A DNA stretch of 38,940 bases from Anaerolineae bacterium (lineage in GTDB: Bacteria; Chloroflexota; Anaerolineae; B4-G1; DUEL01). Both the position numbers and the translations under genes were made by a program. The first letter of the stretch is position 1, and each line of letters starts with the position of its first letter. The notes below the pieces were generated by a model. The model was given only the letters and a program-made list of their open reading frames with translations. It ran no database searches and was not told the origin of the DNA. This document shows, piece by piece, positions 27,004-35,477 of this stretch. The stretch lies in the NCBI GenBank assembly GCA_041082215.1, contig JBDOIF010000056.1, positions 1 through 38,940 on the forward strand, given 5' to 3'.

Positions 27004-27624
27004 ATGCGCCGAGCCGTTTTTATAGACCGTGATGGGGTGATCTGTCGCAACAGGAACGACCATGTGAAGAGCTGGGAGGAGTTCGTCTTCCTCCCCGGTG
27101 CGCTGAAGGCGATGGCCCGGCTGGCTTCCCTGGACCTGCCCATTATTGTGATCACGAATCAGGCTATTATCAACCGGCGGATGGTCTCCGCCGAGATGGT
27201 GGATGCCATCCACGCGCGGATGGTGGGGGCGATTGAGGCGGCCGGCGGTCGGGTGGACCGGGTGATGTACTGCCCGCACCGGCCTGACGAGCACTGCACC
27301 TGCCGTAAACCCCAGCCGGGCCTGCTGCTGATGGCAGCGGAAGAGCTGGAGCTGGACCTTTCCTGCTCTTATCTGATCGGAGACGCGGAGTCGGATATGA
27401 AGGCAGGCCGTGCGGTGGGGTGTCGCCGCTATCTGGTGCTCACCGGCCGGGGACGACGCCAGCTTCTGCAATGCTGGCTTCACGGCGAACGGGGTTTCAC
27501 CGTGGTGCCCAACCTGAGCGCTGCGACGACCGCCATCCTCCGACGGGAACACAGCGATGGCACGTCTTTTCGCCTATCCCTTTTCGGTGGTAATGGAAAA
27601 AAGAAATCCGGTAGCTGCCTGTGA
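27004..27624 (+). CDS. gmhB: D-glycero-D-manno-heptose-1,7-bisphosphate phosphatase (HAD IIIA)
   Basis: Motifs FIDRDGVI, ITNQ, YCPH..CTCRKPQPG, IGDAESD and VLTGRG. Confidence 0.9.
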   Translation: MRRAVFIDRDGVICRNRNDHVKSWEEFVFLPGALKAMARLASLDLPIIVITNQAIINRRMVSAEMVDAIHARMVGAIEAAGGRVDRVMYCPHRPDEHCTCRKPQPGLLLMAAEELELDLSCSYLIGDAESDMKAGRAVGCRRYLVLTGRGRRQLLQCWLHGERGFTVVPNLSAATTAILRREHSDGTSFRLSLFGGNGKKKSGSCL

Positions 27625-28447
27625 GGCCGATCAGGGCCTGGGCACGACCTACGAGCGATTCGCCATATATCGGTGGCTGGAGGAGCTGGTAGGTCGCTTC
27701 CCGGTCCGTTTCGTGCTGGAGGGGCCAGGGGACGGGGTGGCGGGCATTCCCGGCATCCACAGCCTCCCCCTGGCCCTGCGCGGCTGCCTGGTCACGGTCG
27801 TCCTGGAGAACCCGGCGGAGATCGCCCTGGCCCAACGGGCCTGGGCCGCCCAGGGTTGCCTGGCCCAGGTGGACCTCATCCGCGTGGACGAACTTCCCCT
27901 TTTCTCCCCTCCCCATCGCTTCGACCTGGTCTGGAATTTCAACCGCCTTCCCTTTACCGACCCCGCCGCTCTGATCGGAGAGATGGCCCGTCTCTCCCGC
28001 CGGTACGTCGCCCTGGTCGTGCCCAACCGGCGCAACTACGGCTTCCCTGCCCGGCGGCTTTACCACCGGCGCACCCGCCTCCCCTGGCCCTACGGCGATC
28101 GGAGGGTTATGCATCCAGAAGTGGTGCGAAGGCTCCTGGAAAGGGCCGGCCTTCGTCTCCTGGAGGTGCGCTGGCTGGACGTTGCCCCCTGGCCGGACAT
28201 CCTCGACCCCCGGGCCTGGCTCGCGGCTATGGTCCCCGCAGCCCGGCGGCTGCTGAAGGGCAACGGCCGGGGCGGATACCGCTGGGGGCCGGAGGAGCTT
28301 CCCTACTTCGACCCCATCACCCACGCCGACCTCCACCGGCGGATGCATCGGTTGGGCTGGCTGGAACGGACCTGCCCGGCGTGGATGCAGGTCCCCTTCG
28401 CCCACCATTTCGCGGTGATCGCGGAGCTTGGGGATGCGCGCGATTGA
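27593..28447 (+). CDS. Class I SAM-dependent methyltransferase-like protein
   Basis: Atypical motif I VLEGPGDGVAG, FDLVWNFN, and DP..LIGEMARLSRRYV..VPN. Alternative start at 27557. Confidence 0.65.
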   Translation: MEKRNPVAACEADQGLGTTYERFAIYRWLEELVGRFPVRFVLEGPGDGVAGIPGIHSLPLALRGCLVTVVLENPAEIALAQRAWAAQGCLAQVDLIRVDELPLFSPPHRFDLVWNFNRLPFTDPAALIGEMARLSRRYVALVVPNRRNYGFPARRLYHRRTRLPWPYGDRRVMHPEVVRRLLERAGLRLLEVRWLDVAPWPDILDPRAWLAAMVPAARRLLKGNGRGGYRWGPEELPYFDPITHADLHRRMHRLGWLERTCPAWMQVPFAHHFAVIAELGDARD

Positions 28448-29528
28448 ACTCCTCTGGCGGCTTCCGGGCTACTGGGCCTCCCGACGGTGGGGATGGCCCC
28501 GGCCCCTGCCGATGAACCTCACCCTCAGCCTCACCTACCGCTGCAACTCCCGCTGCGCCACCTGCAACGTCTGGCGGAAGGAGGCGGAGGAGCTGACGGT
28601 GGAGGAATGGGACCGGGTGTTCCGCTCCCTGGGCCACGCGCCCTACTGGATCACCGTCAGCGGGGGAGAGCCGCTGCTGCGGGAAGACGCGGTCGAGGTC
28701 ATCCGCCGTGCCTGCGAGCTTTGCCGGCCCGCCATCCTGAACATCCCCACCAACGGCCTCCTGCCGGAGCGGATCGCCCGCTCCGTCGCCCAGGTGACGG
28801 CCGCCTGTCCCCACACCCGGATCGTCGTCAACCTCTCACTGGATGGCTGGGGGGCAGACCACGATCACATCCGTGGGGTTCCGGGCAACTTCGAGCGGGC
28901 AATGGAGACCTACCGGCGGCTGCGGGCAATAAAGGCCTCCAATCTGAGTCTAGGGGTCCACACCGTCGTCTCCCGCCTGAACGCCCCGGCCGTGCCGGCC
29001 CTCGCCGCCCGCATCCGGCAGGAGCTGGCCCCCGACTCCTATATCACCGAGATCGCCGAAGAACGGGTGGAGCTGGGGACGGTCGGCGCGGAGATCACAC
29101 CCGGCCCCGCCGCATACGGCGAGGCCATTGAGCAGGTGCTGGCCCTTCAGTCCATTTATCCCCCCTCCGGCCTGGGCCGGGTGACGGCGGCCTTCCGCCG
29201 TCGGTACTACCGGCTGGTCCAGCGGTGGCTTCGGGAGCGCCGACAGGTGATCCCATGCTATGCTGGCTGGGCCTCCGCCCAGGTCTCGCCGGAAGGGGAC
29301 GTCTGGTTCTGCTGCACCCGTGCGGCCCCGGTCGGCAACCTCCGTCGGGCCGGCTACGATTTCCGCCGCATCTGGTGGGGGGAAAAGGCCCGGGAGCTGC
29401 GGGAGGAGGTCCGGGCGGGCCGCTGTGATTGCCCCCTGGCCAACGCTGCCTACACCAACCTGCTCCTGCATCCCCCTTCGCTGATCGGTGTGGCGTGGGA
29501 GCTGGTGCGGAAGGATGGGCATGTATGA
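28434..29528 (+). CDS. Radical SAM protein with SPASM/Twitch-type C-terminus
   Basis: Motifs CNSRCATC, SGGEPLLR, SLDG..HD.IRG; C-terminal PCYAG..GDVWFCC..GNL..CDCP. Confidence 0.92.
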   Translation: MRAIELLWRLPGYWASRRWGWPRPLPMNLTLSLTYRCNSRCATCNVWRKEAEELTVEEWDRVFRSLGHAPYWITVSGGEPLLREDAVEVIRRACELCRPAILNIPTNGLLPERIARSVAQVTAACPHTRIVVNLSLDGWGADHDHIRGVPGNFERAMETYRRLRAIKASNLSLGVHTVVSRLNAPAVPALAARIRQELAPDSYITEIAEERVELGTVGAEITPGPAAYGEAIEQVLALQSIYPPSGLGRVTAAFRRRYYRLVQRWLRERRQVIPCYAGWASAQVSPEGDVWFCCTRAAPVGNLRRAGYDFRRIWWGEKARELREEVRAGRCDCPLANAAYTNLLLHPPSLIGVAWELVRKDGHV

Positions 29529-30514
29529 TGGTGCTGGTCACCGGCGCCACGGGCTTCATCGGCGGCCACCTGGTCCGCCACCTGATCGAGCAGGGCCATA
29601 CCGTCCGGGCGCTGGTCCGTAACCCGGCCCCCCAGCTCGAGCAGGAGGGAGTGGAGACGGTCATCGGCGACCTGACGCGGCCCGAGACGCTCGCGGAGGC
29701 CGTCAGGGGGGCCGAAGCGATTTTCCATCTGGCCGCCCTTCGGGACCGGTGGGGAGTGCCGCTGGCAACCTACCGGACGGTCAATACCGTAGGGACCTGT
29801 CACCTGCTGGCCGCGGCCATGCAGGCCGAGGTGGGCCGGTTCGTCTACTGCAGCTCGGTAGGGGTGGCCCGCTACCCTGGCCGGGTTGACGCCAACGAGA
29901 CGTTGCCCTATGCCCAACCGACCAGCCAGGTCGGTTACCACCGCACGAAGATGGAAGCGGAACGGCTGGTAGTGGTGGCTGCACGGGCCGGAGCGGTGCC
30001 CGCCGTGGTGGTCCGCCCGGTCATCTCCTACGGGCCAGGTGACCAGACCGGGATGGTGGCCCAACTGCTGGTCCGGTTGGCGCGGGGACGGTTCCTGCCG
30101 GTGGGGGATGGACGCAACCGCGTGGACCTGGTCTATGTGGAGGACCTGGTGGAGGGGATGAGGCTGGCATGGGAGCGAGGGAGCGTGGGCCGGGTCTACA
30201 TCCTTTCCGGCCCTCGCCCGGTGACGATGCGGGAGGTCGTGCTGGCCGCGTGTGCGGCCCTGGGGAAGTCTCCCCCGCCCTTCCACGTGCCGGAGGGGCT
30301 GGCCCGATCCCTTGCAGGGTGGGCCGAGCGGGTATGGGGTGCGCTGGGATGGCGTCCGCCGATCACCCGCGACGCCGTGGCCACGCTGACAGTAGACCGG
30401 GGCTTCAGCCACGCCCGGGCGCGGGCGGAGCTGGGCTATAACCCCTGCGTGACACTGGAAGAGGGGTTCAGGCGAACGGTGGCCTGGCTTCGGGAGATGG
30501 GCCAGGTCCGCTGA
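29525..30514 (+). CDS. NAD-dependent epimerase/dehydratase (extended SDR)
   Basis: Motifs LVTGATGFIGG, FHLAA, CSS, YxxxK (YHRTK) and YGPGD. ATGA overlap with the upstream gene. Confidence 0.92.
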   Translation: MMVLVTGATGFIGGHLVRHLIEQGHTVRALVRNPAPQLEQEGVETVIGDLTRPETLAEAVRGAEAIFHLAALRDRWGVPLATYRTVNTVGTCHLLAAAMQAEVGRFVYCSSVGVARYPGRVDANETLPYAQPTSQVGYHRTKMEAERLVVVAARAGAVPAVVVRPVISYGPGDQTGMVAQLLVRLARGRFLPVGDGRNRVDLVYVEDLVEGMRLAWERGSVGRVYILSGPRPVTMREVVLAACAALGKSPPPFHVPEGLARSLAGWAERVWGALGWRPPITRDAVATLTVDRGFSHARARAELGYNPCVTLEEGFRRTVAWLREMGQVR

Positions 30515-30527
30515 GGAGGGAGCAGGG

Positions 30528-31640
30528 ATGTCTGGCGTGAGTATCTGGCGACGAAGTAAAGAGCGGTATCGGCTTCTCGGGACCGAGTGTCCCCGATGCG
30601 GAAGCCGTTTTGTGGCCCCCCGTCTGGTCTGCCCAACCTGCCGTGAGGAGGTGGAATCCCTCTCCAGCGAGGTCTTCCCGCGAATAGCCACCCCCGCTAC
30701 TGGCGAGCGGATTGCCGCCTCGGTCATCATCCCCTCCTACAACGCCGCTGCCACCATCCGGCAGACCCTTTCCTCCCTGCAAGCTCAGGATTGCCCTGAG
30801 CCATACGAGGTGATCGTCGTTGACAGCTCCGACGACGGGACCGACCGGATCATTGCCGGGGAGTTTCCCTGGGTGCGCCTCCTGCATCTGCTCCAGCGCA
30901 CCGACCCCGGCACTGCCCGCAACCTGGGGATCGCCCGCTCGCAGGGGGAGGTGATCGCCTGCCTGGACGCCGATTGCGTCGCTCCGACAGACTGGTTGGG
31001 GCGGATGCTGGAAGCGCAACGGGCTGGCCATCTGGTGGTGGGCGGGGCGGTGGAGAACGGCAATCCTGCCAGCCTGGTGGCCCGGGCGGGATATATGGGA
31101 GAATTCCGGGAGTTTCTGCCGGTGGGCAGCCCGCGGATGGTGGGCCATGTGCCTACGTGCAACATCTCTTACCACCGCTCCATCTTTGCCCGGTTCGGCG
31201 GCTTCCCCACCCGGTTTTACCCTCAGGAGGACCTCCTGTTCCACTGGCGACTGGCGCACCACGGCGTCGCTATCTGGTTCGACCCCTCCATACGGATCCG
31301 CCACTTCCACCGTGCCTCATTCCCTTCCTACCTGATCCACCAGCACCGGATCGGGCAGATCACCGCCCGCGTCCTCCGGCTGACAGGAGAGGAGGGGGCC
31401 TTCCTGGCCCGCTCGCCTGTGCTGGCACTCCTGGCCTCGCCGCTTCTGCCCCTCTACAAATGGGCGCGGACGCTGGGGGTCTTTCTCAACCATGCCCCCT
31501 CCGTCCTTCGCCGCTCCCTGCTGGCCTCCCTCCTCCTCCTGCCTGGCCTCTACGCCTGGGTCGCAGGGTTCGTCGCCGGGGCCTGGGGGCCGCCGCTTCA
31601 CTGGGTAGAAGGGGAGGGGTTGACGTGGCAACCAGCCTGA
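30528..31640 (+). CDS. Family 2 glycosyltransferase with an N-terminal DUF35-type zinc ribbon
   Basis: WRRSKERYRLLGTECPRCGSRFVAPRLVCPTC precedes SVIIPSYN, VIVVDSSDD, ARNLG, LDADC and QEDL. C-terminal TMs. GAGGAGG RBS before ATG 30528. Confidence 0.85.
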   Translation: MSGVSIWRRSKERYRLLGTECPRCGSRFVAPRLVCPTCREEVESLSSEVFPRIATPATGERIAASVIIPSYNAAATIRQTLSSLQAQDCPEPYEVIVVDSSDDGTDRIIAGEFPWVRLLHLLQRTDPGTARNLGIARSQGEVIACLDADCVAPTDWLGRMLEAQRAGHLVVGGAVENGNPASLVARAGYMGEFREFLPVGSPRMVGHVPTCNISYHRSIFARFGGFPTRFYPQEDLLFHWRLAHHGVAIWFDPSIRIRHFHRASFPSYLIHQHRIGQITARVLRLTGEEGAFLARSPVLALLASPLLPLYKWARTLGVFLNHAPSVLRRSLLASLLLLPGLYAWVAGFVAGAWGPPLHWVEGEGLTWQPA

Positions 31641-32665
31641 ACTGCGCTCTCCATGAGGTGGGCCTGAGGCTGGAGACGGAGGGGAAGGAGTTCCTCTCCT
31701 TCGCCCGCCAGTACCTGCGCCCCCTACAGGCCAGGGATGGAATTCATCCAACCATCGAGGTGAGGCTCGAATGGGGCCGACGGTTACCTCCGACCGACCT
31801 GGAGCCGCTGGGAAGGCGGGTATGGATCGGCGATGGACGGCTGCGGCTGAGCGAGATCCGACCGGTGCCCGGCCTCGAGCTGGAAATGGAATGGGGACAG
31901 GCCAGCCTGCAAATTCATGCCGCCTACCGCTGGCCGACCCGCCGGGCGCGCTGGCTGGCCCGCTTTTCCTGGGCTGCGCGGGCCCGCCTCTACGTCCCGC
32001 TGCTCTACTACCTGGTCTACTTCCCGCTGGGATGGTGGATGGAGCGGGAGCGGGGATGGAGCCTCATCCATGCTGCCGGGCTGGCAGATGGGGAGGAGGG
32101 GGTCGTGCTGACCGGCCTGCCAGGGTGCGGGAAGTCCACCTTTGTCTGGGCCGCATTGACCCTCCCCGGGTGGCGGGTGCTCTCCGATAACCTCCTCTTC
32201 ACCGACGGCCACCTCGTGTGGGCCTGTCCGGAGCCGCTCCACGTGGACAGGCAGGCCCAGGAGCTCTCCGGCGGGTCCCCGGAAGGAGTCCGGTCGGCTG
32301 GTCGGACCTTTTCCCATCACCGGGAAGATTTCGAGCCGGAGCCTCACCGGCAGGCCGAGATCACACGGCCCCGGAAGTTGATCTTCCTGCAGCGAGGACG
32401 AGAGGGCAGGATCAGGCGCCTGGAAGAGAGCGATGCCCTCTGCCGGCTATGGGTCGGCGACCTGCACGCCCAGGAGTGGCTGGCCTATCAGGAATGCGCC
32501 ACTGCTGTCCATCACCTGATCCCGGAGGTCGGTAACCCGCTCTGGCGGTGGGTAAACCTTCAGGGACTGGCAACGCTTCCCTCCTATGAGGTCACTCTGG
32601 GCAAAGGGGACGATCTGGTGGAAGCGGTACGGCAGGCACTGGAAAGGACGGAAAGGGATGGTTGA
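31625..32665 (+). CDS. HprK-related P-loop kinase-like protein
   Basis: LIHAAG...LTGLPGCGKST...GWRVLSDN matches the HPr kinase C-terminal pattern (H, Walker A, xDD-like). GTG start after GGGGAGGGG. Confidence 0.7.
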   Translation: MATSLNCALHEVGLRLETEGKEFLSFARQYLRPLQARDGIHPTIEVRLEWGRRLPPTDLEPLGRRVWIGDGRLRLSEIRPVPGLELEMEWGQASLQIHAAYRWPTRRARWLARFSWAARARLYVPLLYYLVYFPLGWWMERERGWSLIHAAGLADGEEGVVLTGLPGCGKSTFVWAALTLPGWRVLSDNLLFTDGHLVWACPEPLHVDRQAQELSGGSPEGVRSAGRTFSHHREDFEPEPHRQAEITRPRKLIFLQRGREGRIRRLEESDALCRLWVGDLHAQEWLAYQECATAVHHLIPEVGNPLWRWVNLQGLATLPSYEVTLGKGDDLVEAVRQALERTERDG

Positions 32666-34100
32666 ACCCCTGGAGCGGAGCCGACGCCCGGTGGTCATCT
32701 CACCGCCGGACCTCCCGCCCCCGCCGGAGGCGCTGGAGGCGGTGGAGGAGCTGGCCCGCGCCCCCTGGCTGGCCCTCCCCCCCGTAGCCCTGCCGGACCT
32801 GCACTGGAAGCCCGATCTGGAGAGTCCCTCCAGCCTGGCGACAGCCACGGAGGATGTGCTGGTGCTGGGGCTCACCAGCCCCTCCCCCCACTGCGGAATG
32901 GGGCTGGCCCTGACCGATCTGGAGGCGGATTTCGCCACTCCCCGACGGCTGGACCGGTTTTTCGGCTACCTGGCGGCCCGGCTGGACCCCCAACGGAGGG
33001 AACCGGCGCTGGACGAAACGGCCCTCGATACCGTCCTGCTCGGTGGGCTTTCCGCCTGGAGGGAGCGGGAAGAGCGGGTGGTGGTGATGGAGACGATGGA
33101 AGGGGAAGGGAACGCCTTCTCCCCCGACGAGGCCGCCGCCGAGGGAGCGGCCATCCTGAGCGCGATTCCCCAATGGCTGCGGCCGCTGGCCCGCCAGGAG
33201 TTCGGACTGGTGGGCCGGGGGAACCACTTCCTGGAGGTCCAGATGGTGGAGGAGGTGCTGGACCCGGGGAAGGCGGCGGAGTGGGGGGTGGAGAGCGGGC
33301 AGGTGGTACTGATGGTCCACGCCGACTCCGGCCATCTGGGGGCAGTTGTGGGTCGGCTTTTTGCCCACAGGCGGAAGAACTCCCGGCGGGGGAGGTGGAT
33401 GGAGTGGCGGGTCAAGCTCCCCTACCATCTACGGCAGGTCTCTTCACCGCAGGCCCTTTGGGAGCGGATGCGCCTCTTCTGGCCGGGTCGCTGGGTCCCC
33501 ATCCGGGCCGACTCGGTGGCGGGGCGGCTCTGCCGCTGGGCGCTGGGGGCGGCAGCCAATTACGCCGCTGCCGGTCGGCTGGCGCTTTGGGGGATGGTGG
33601 CAGAGGCGCTGGCTGCCGCCGGGGGCACGGGACGGGTGCGGCTGCTGTGGGACGCGCCCCACAACGGCATCTGGCGGGAGGAGATCGGAGGCCGCCAAAT
33701 ATGGGTGCACCGCCACAACGCTGCCCGCGTCCGTCCGGGCGATCCGGCGTTGCTCCCCGGCTGCGAGCGGGCCTCCTCGCTGCTGTGTGTGGGAGAAGTG
33801 GGGGCAGCCGCCACGCTGCATTCGGCCAGCCACGGGGCAGGAAAGGCCATCGCACGGTTGGGACGGCCGCTGACATCAGGGACGGAAAGAACCTGGATCT
33901 ACGGATACGACGGGGCCTCCCCTCAACCTGTCCCCCATCTGAGCGACGCAGGTCTCTGGGCCGTGGCCGGCACGCTGGCAGCCCACGCCATCGTCCGCCC
34001 GGTCGCCCGGCTGCGGCCCGTGGCGACCCTTAAGGACCGGGGTATGGATGGAAACCACAGAGACGCAGAGGACACGGAGAAATATCGAGAGGATCTTTAG
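32658..34100 (+). CDS. Divergent RtcB-family protein
   Basis: Ordered RtcB motifs: LPDLH, HCGM, GRGNHFLEVQ, MVHADS, DAPHN, WVHRHNA, LPG, SASHGAG and RLRPVATLK. Confidence 0.85.
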   Translation: MVEPLERSRRPVVISPPDLPPPPEALEAVEELARAPWLALPPVALPDLHWKPDLESPSSLATATEDVLVLGLTSPSPHCGMGLALTDLEADFATPRRLDRFFGYLAARLDPQRREPALDETALDTVLLGGLSAWREREERVVVMETMEGEGNAFSPDEAAAEGAAILSAIPQWLRPLARQEFGLVGRGNHFLEVQMVEEVLDPGKAAEWGVESGQVVLMVHADSGHLGAVVGRLFAHRRKNSRRGRWMEWRVKLPYHLRQVSSPQALWERMRLFWPGRWVPIRADSVAGRLCRWALGAAANYAAAGRLALWGMVAEALAAAGGTGRVRLLWDAPHNGIWREEIGGRQIWVHRHNAARVRPGDPALLPGCERASSLLCVGEVGAAATLHSASHGAGKAIARLGRPLTSGTERTWIYGYDGASPQPVPHLSDAGLWAVAGTLAAHAIVRPVARLRPVATLKDRGMDGNHRDAEDTEKYREDL

Positions 34101-34128
34101 AGCTCTGTGACATCTGTGCCTCCATGTG
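34054..34128. repeat. Inverted CACAGAG/CTCTGTG-type periodic element
   Basis: ACCACAGAGACGCAGAGGACACGGAG...CTCTGTGACATCTGTGCCTCCATGTG, spanning the RtcB-like stop codon. Confidence 0.7.
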
Positions 34129-34150
34129 AAAATCTGGAGAGTGAGGGGAG

Positions 34151-35470
34151 ATGCGGTTTTTCCGAAACGTCCTGGGCACGTTCCTCACCGAAGTGCTGAC
34201 CGTGCTCATCAACCTGCTGATCGGAATCGTGAGCGCACGTGTGCTGGGCCCGGACCGGAGGGGTGTGCTGACGCTGGTGATGACGCTGCCAGTCACCCTT
34301 GTCGCCTTCACCGACCTGGGGATCTCGCAGGCCAATGTCTACTTCATCGCTCGCAAAAACCGCCCGGCTGCCGTCGTCGCCACCAATGCGGTCTATCTGG
34401 CCGCCGGAACCGGGTTGCTGGTGGGCACAGGGCTGTGGCTGGCCCGTGGGCTGGCCCTGACCACCTTTCTGCGCGGGCTGCCCCCCCACTACCTCGGCCT
34501 CATCCTGGTCCTTTCGCCCGTGATGCTGTTATACACCTACTGGATGGCGATCCCGCGCGCCTTTCAGCGCTTTGGCCTGTTCAACCTGCTCCGGCTGATG
34601 ATGCCGGCTGCGATTCTGATCTCGATGGTGCTGGCCCTGCTGGTCTTCCGGGGAGGGATCGGATGGGCCACCGTCGCCTATGGCGGGGGGATCCTGGGCG
34701 CTACCGGACTGAGCCTGTTCGTCGTGGGCCGCTTCGCCCGCCCACGCCTCCGTCCTGACTGGACGCTTGTGCGGGATTCGCTCATCTACGGCCTCAAGTC
34801 CTACTCCCAGAACCTGATCGGCCACCTGACCTACCGGCTGGACATCTACCTGGTGGCCTTCTTCCTCACTCCACGGGACGTGGCCTTCTACGGGATTGCC
34901 ACCTCTGTCGCGGAGATGATCTGGTACATCCCCAACTCGGTGGGACTGGTCCTTTTCCCCAAACTCTCCGCCGCCGAGGAGTCCCAGGTCCACCAGGTCA
35001 CAGCCGAGGTCTGCCGACACACGCTGCTGGTCACACCTCTGACCGGCGTGGCCGTCCTGGCGGCTGGCGTTGTGGGGATCCCGCTGCTGTACGGTCCGGA
35101 GTACGCTCCCGCTGTGCGGCCGCTGCTGCTCCTGGTCCCCGGCGCGACGATGATGACCCTCTACAAGGTGCTATCCCGCAACTTTTCCAGCCGCGACCGA
35201 CAACAGGTCTCGATCCTGGCGGCAGTGGTGGGCCTGGTGCTGAACGTCGCCCTGGACTGGCTCTTTATCCCCCTTTGGGGGATCGTCGGCGCCGCGCTGG
35301 CCTCCGGCCTGGCCTACAGCGCGACAGGCCTGGTGCTCCTGTGGGCCTTCCATCGGGAATCGGGCCTTTCGCTGGAGGATGCCCTGCGTTTCCGGCGCAG
35401 CGACCTGGGCCGCTACAGGGACCTGATGCAGACGCTGCGGGCACGTCTGCTTGCAAAGGCAGAAAGATGA
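34151..35470 (+). CDS. Wzx-like oligosaccharide flippase (MOP superfamily)
   Basis: About 12 TM segments. Motifs ARVLGPDRRG, DLGI, YRLDIYLV, LFPKLS, LYGPEY and LFIPLWGIVGAALAS. Confidence 0.9.
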   Translation: MRFFRNVLGTFLTEVLTVLINLLIGIVSARVLGPDRRGVLTLVMTLPVTLVAFTDLGISQANVYFIARKNRPAAVVATNAVYLAAGTGLLVGTGLWLARGLALTTFLRGLPPHYLGLILVLSPVMLLYTYWMAIPRAFQRFGLFNLLRLMMPAAILISMVLALLVFRGGIGWATVAYGGGILGATGLSLFVVGRFARPRLRPDWTLVRDSLIYGLKSYSQNLIGHLTYRLDIYLVAFFLTPRDVAFYGIATSVAEMIWYIPNSVGLVLFPKLSAAEESQVHQVTAEVCRHTLLVTPLTGVAVLAAGVVGIPLLYGPEYAPAVRPLLLLVPGATMMTLYKVLSRNFSSRDRQQVSILAAVVGLVLNVALDWLFIPLWGIVGAALASGLAYSATGLVLLWAFHRESGLSLEDALRFRRSDLGRYRDLMQTLRARLLAKAER

Positions 35471-35477
35471 GGTCGTG

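Noticed and set aside
30974..31624. 217-aa N-terminal extension of the HprK-like ORF
   Set aside because: It overlaps the GT2 gene in another frame and is Pro/Arg/Gly-rich; the GTG at 31625 has an RBS.
21603..32665. Lasso-peptide/RiPP cluster (AsnB-like protein + HprK-like kinase + radical SAM)
   Set aside because: AsnB has an intact N-terminal Cys glutaminase domain. No transglutaminase-like B protein, PqqD/RRE or precursor peptide is visible, and the context is glycan synthesis.
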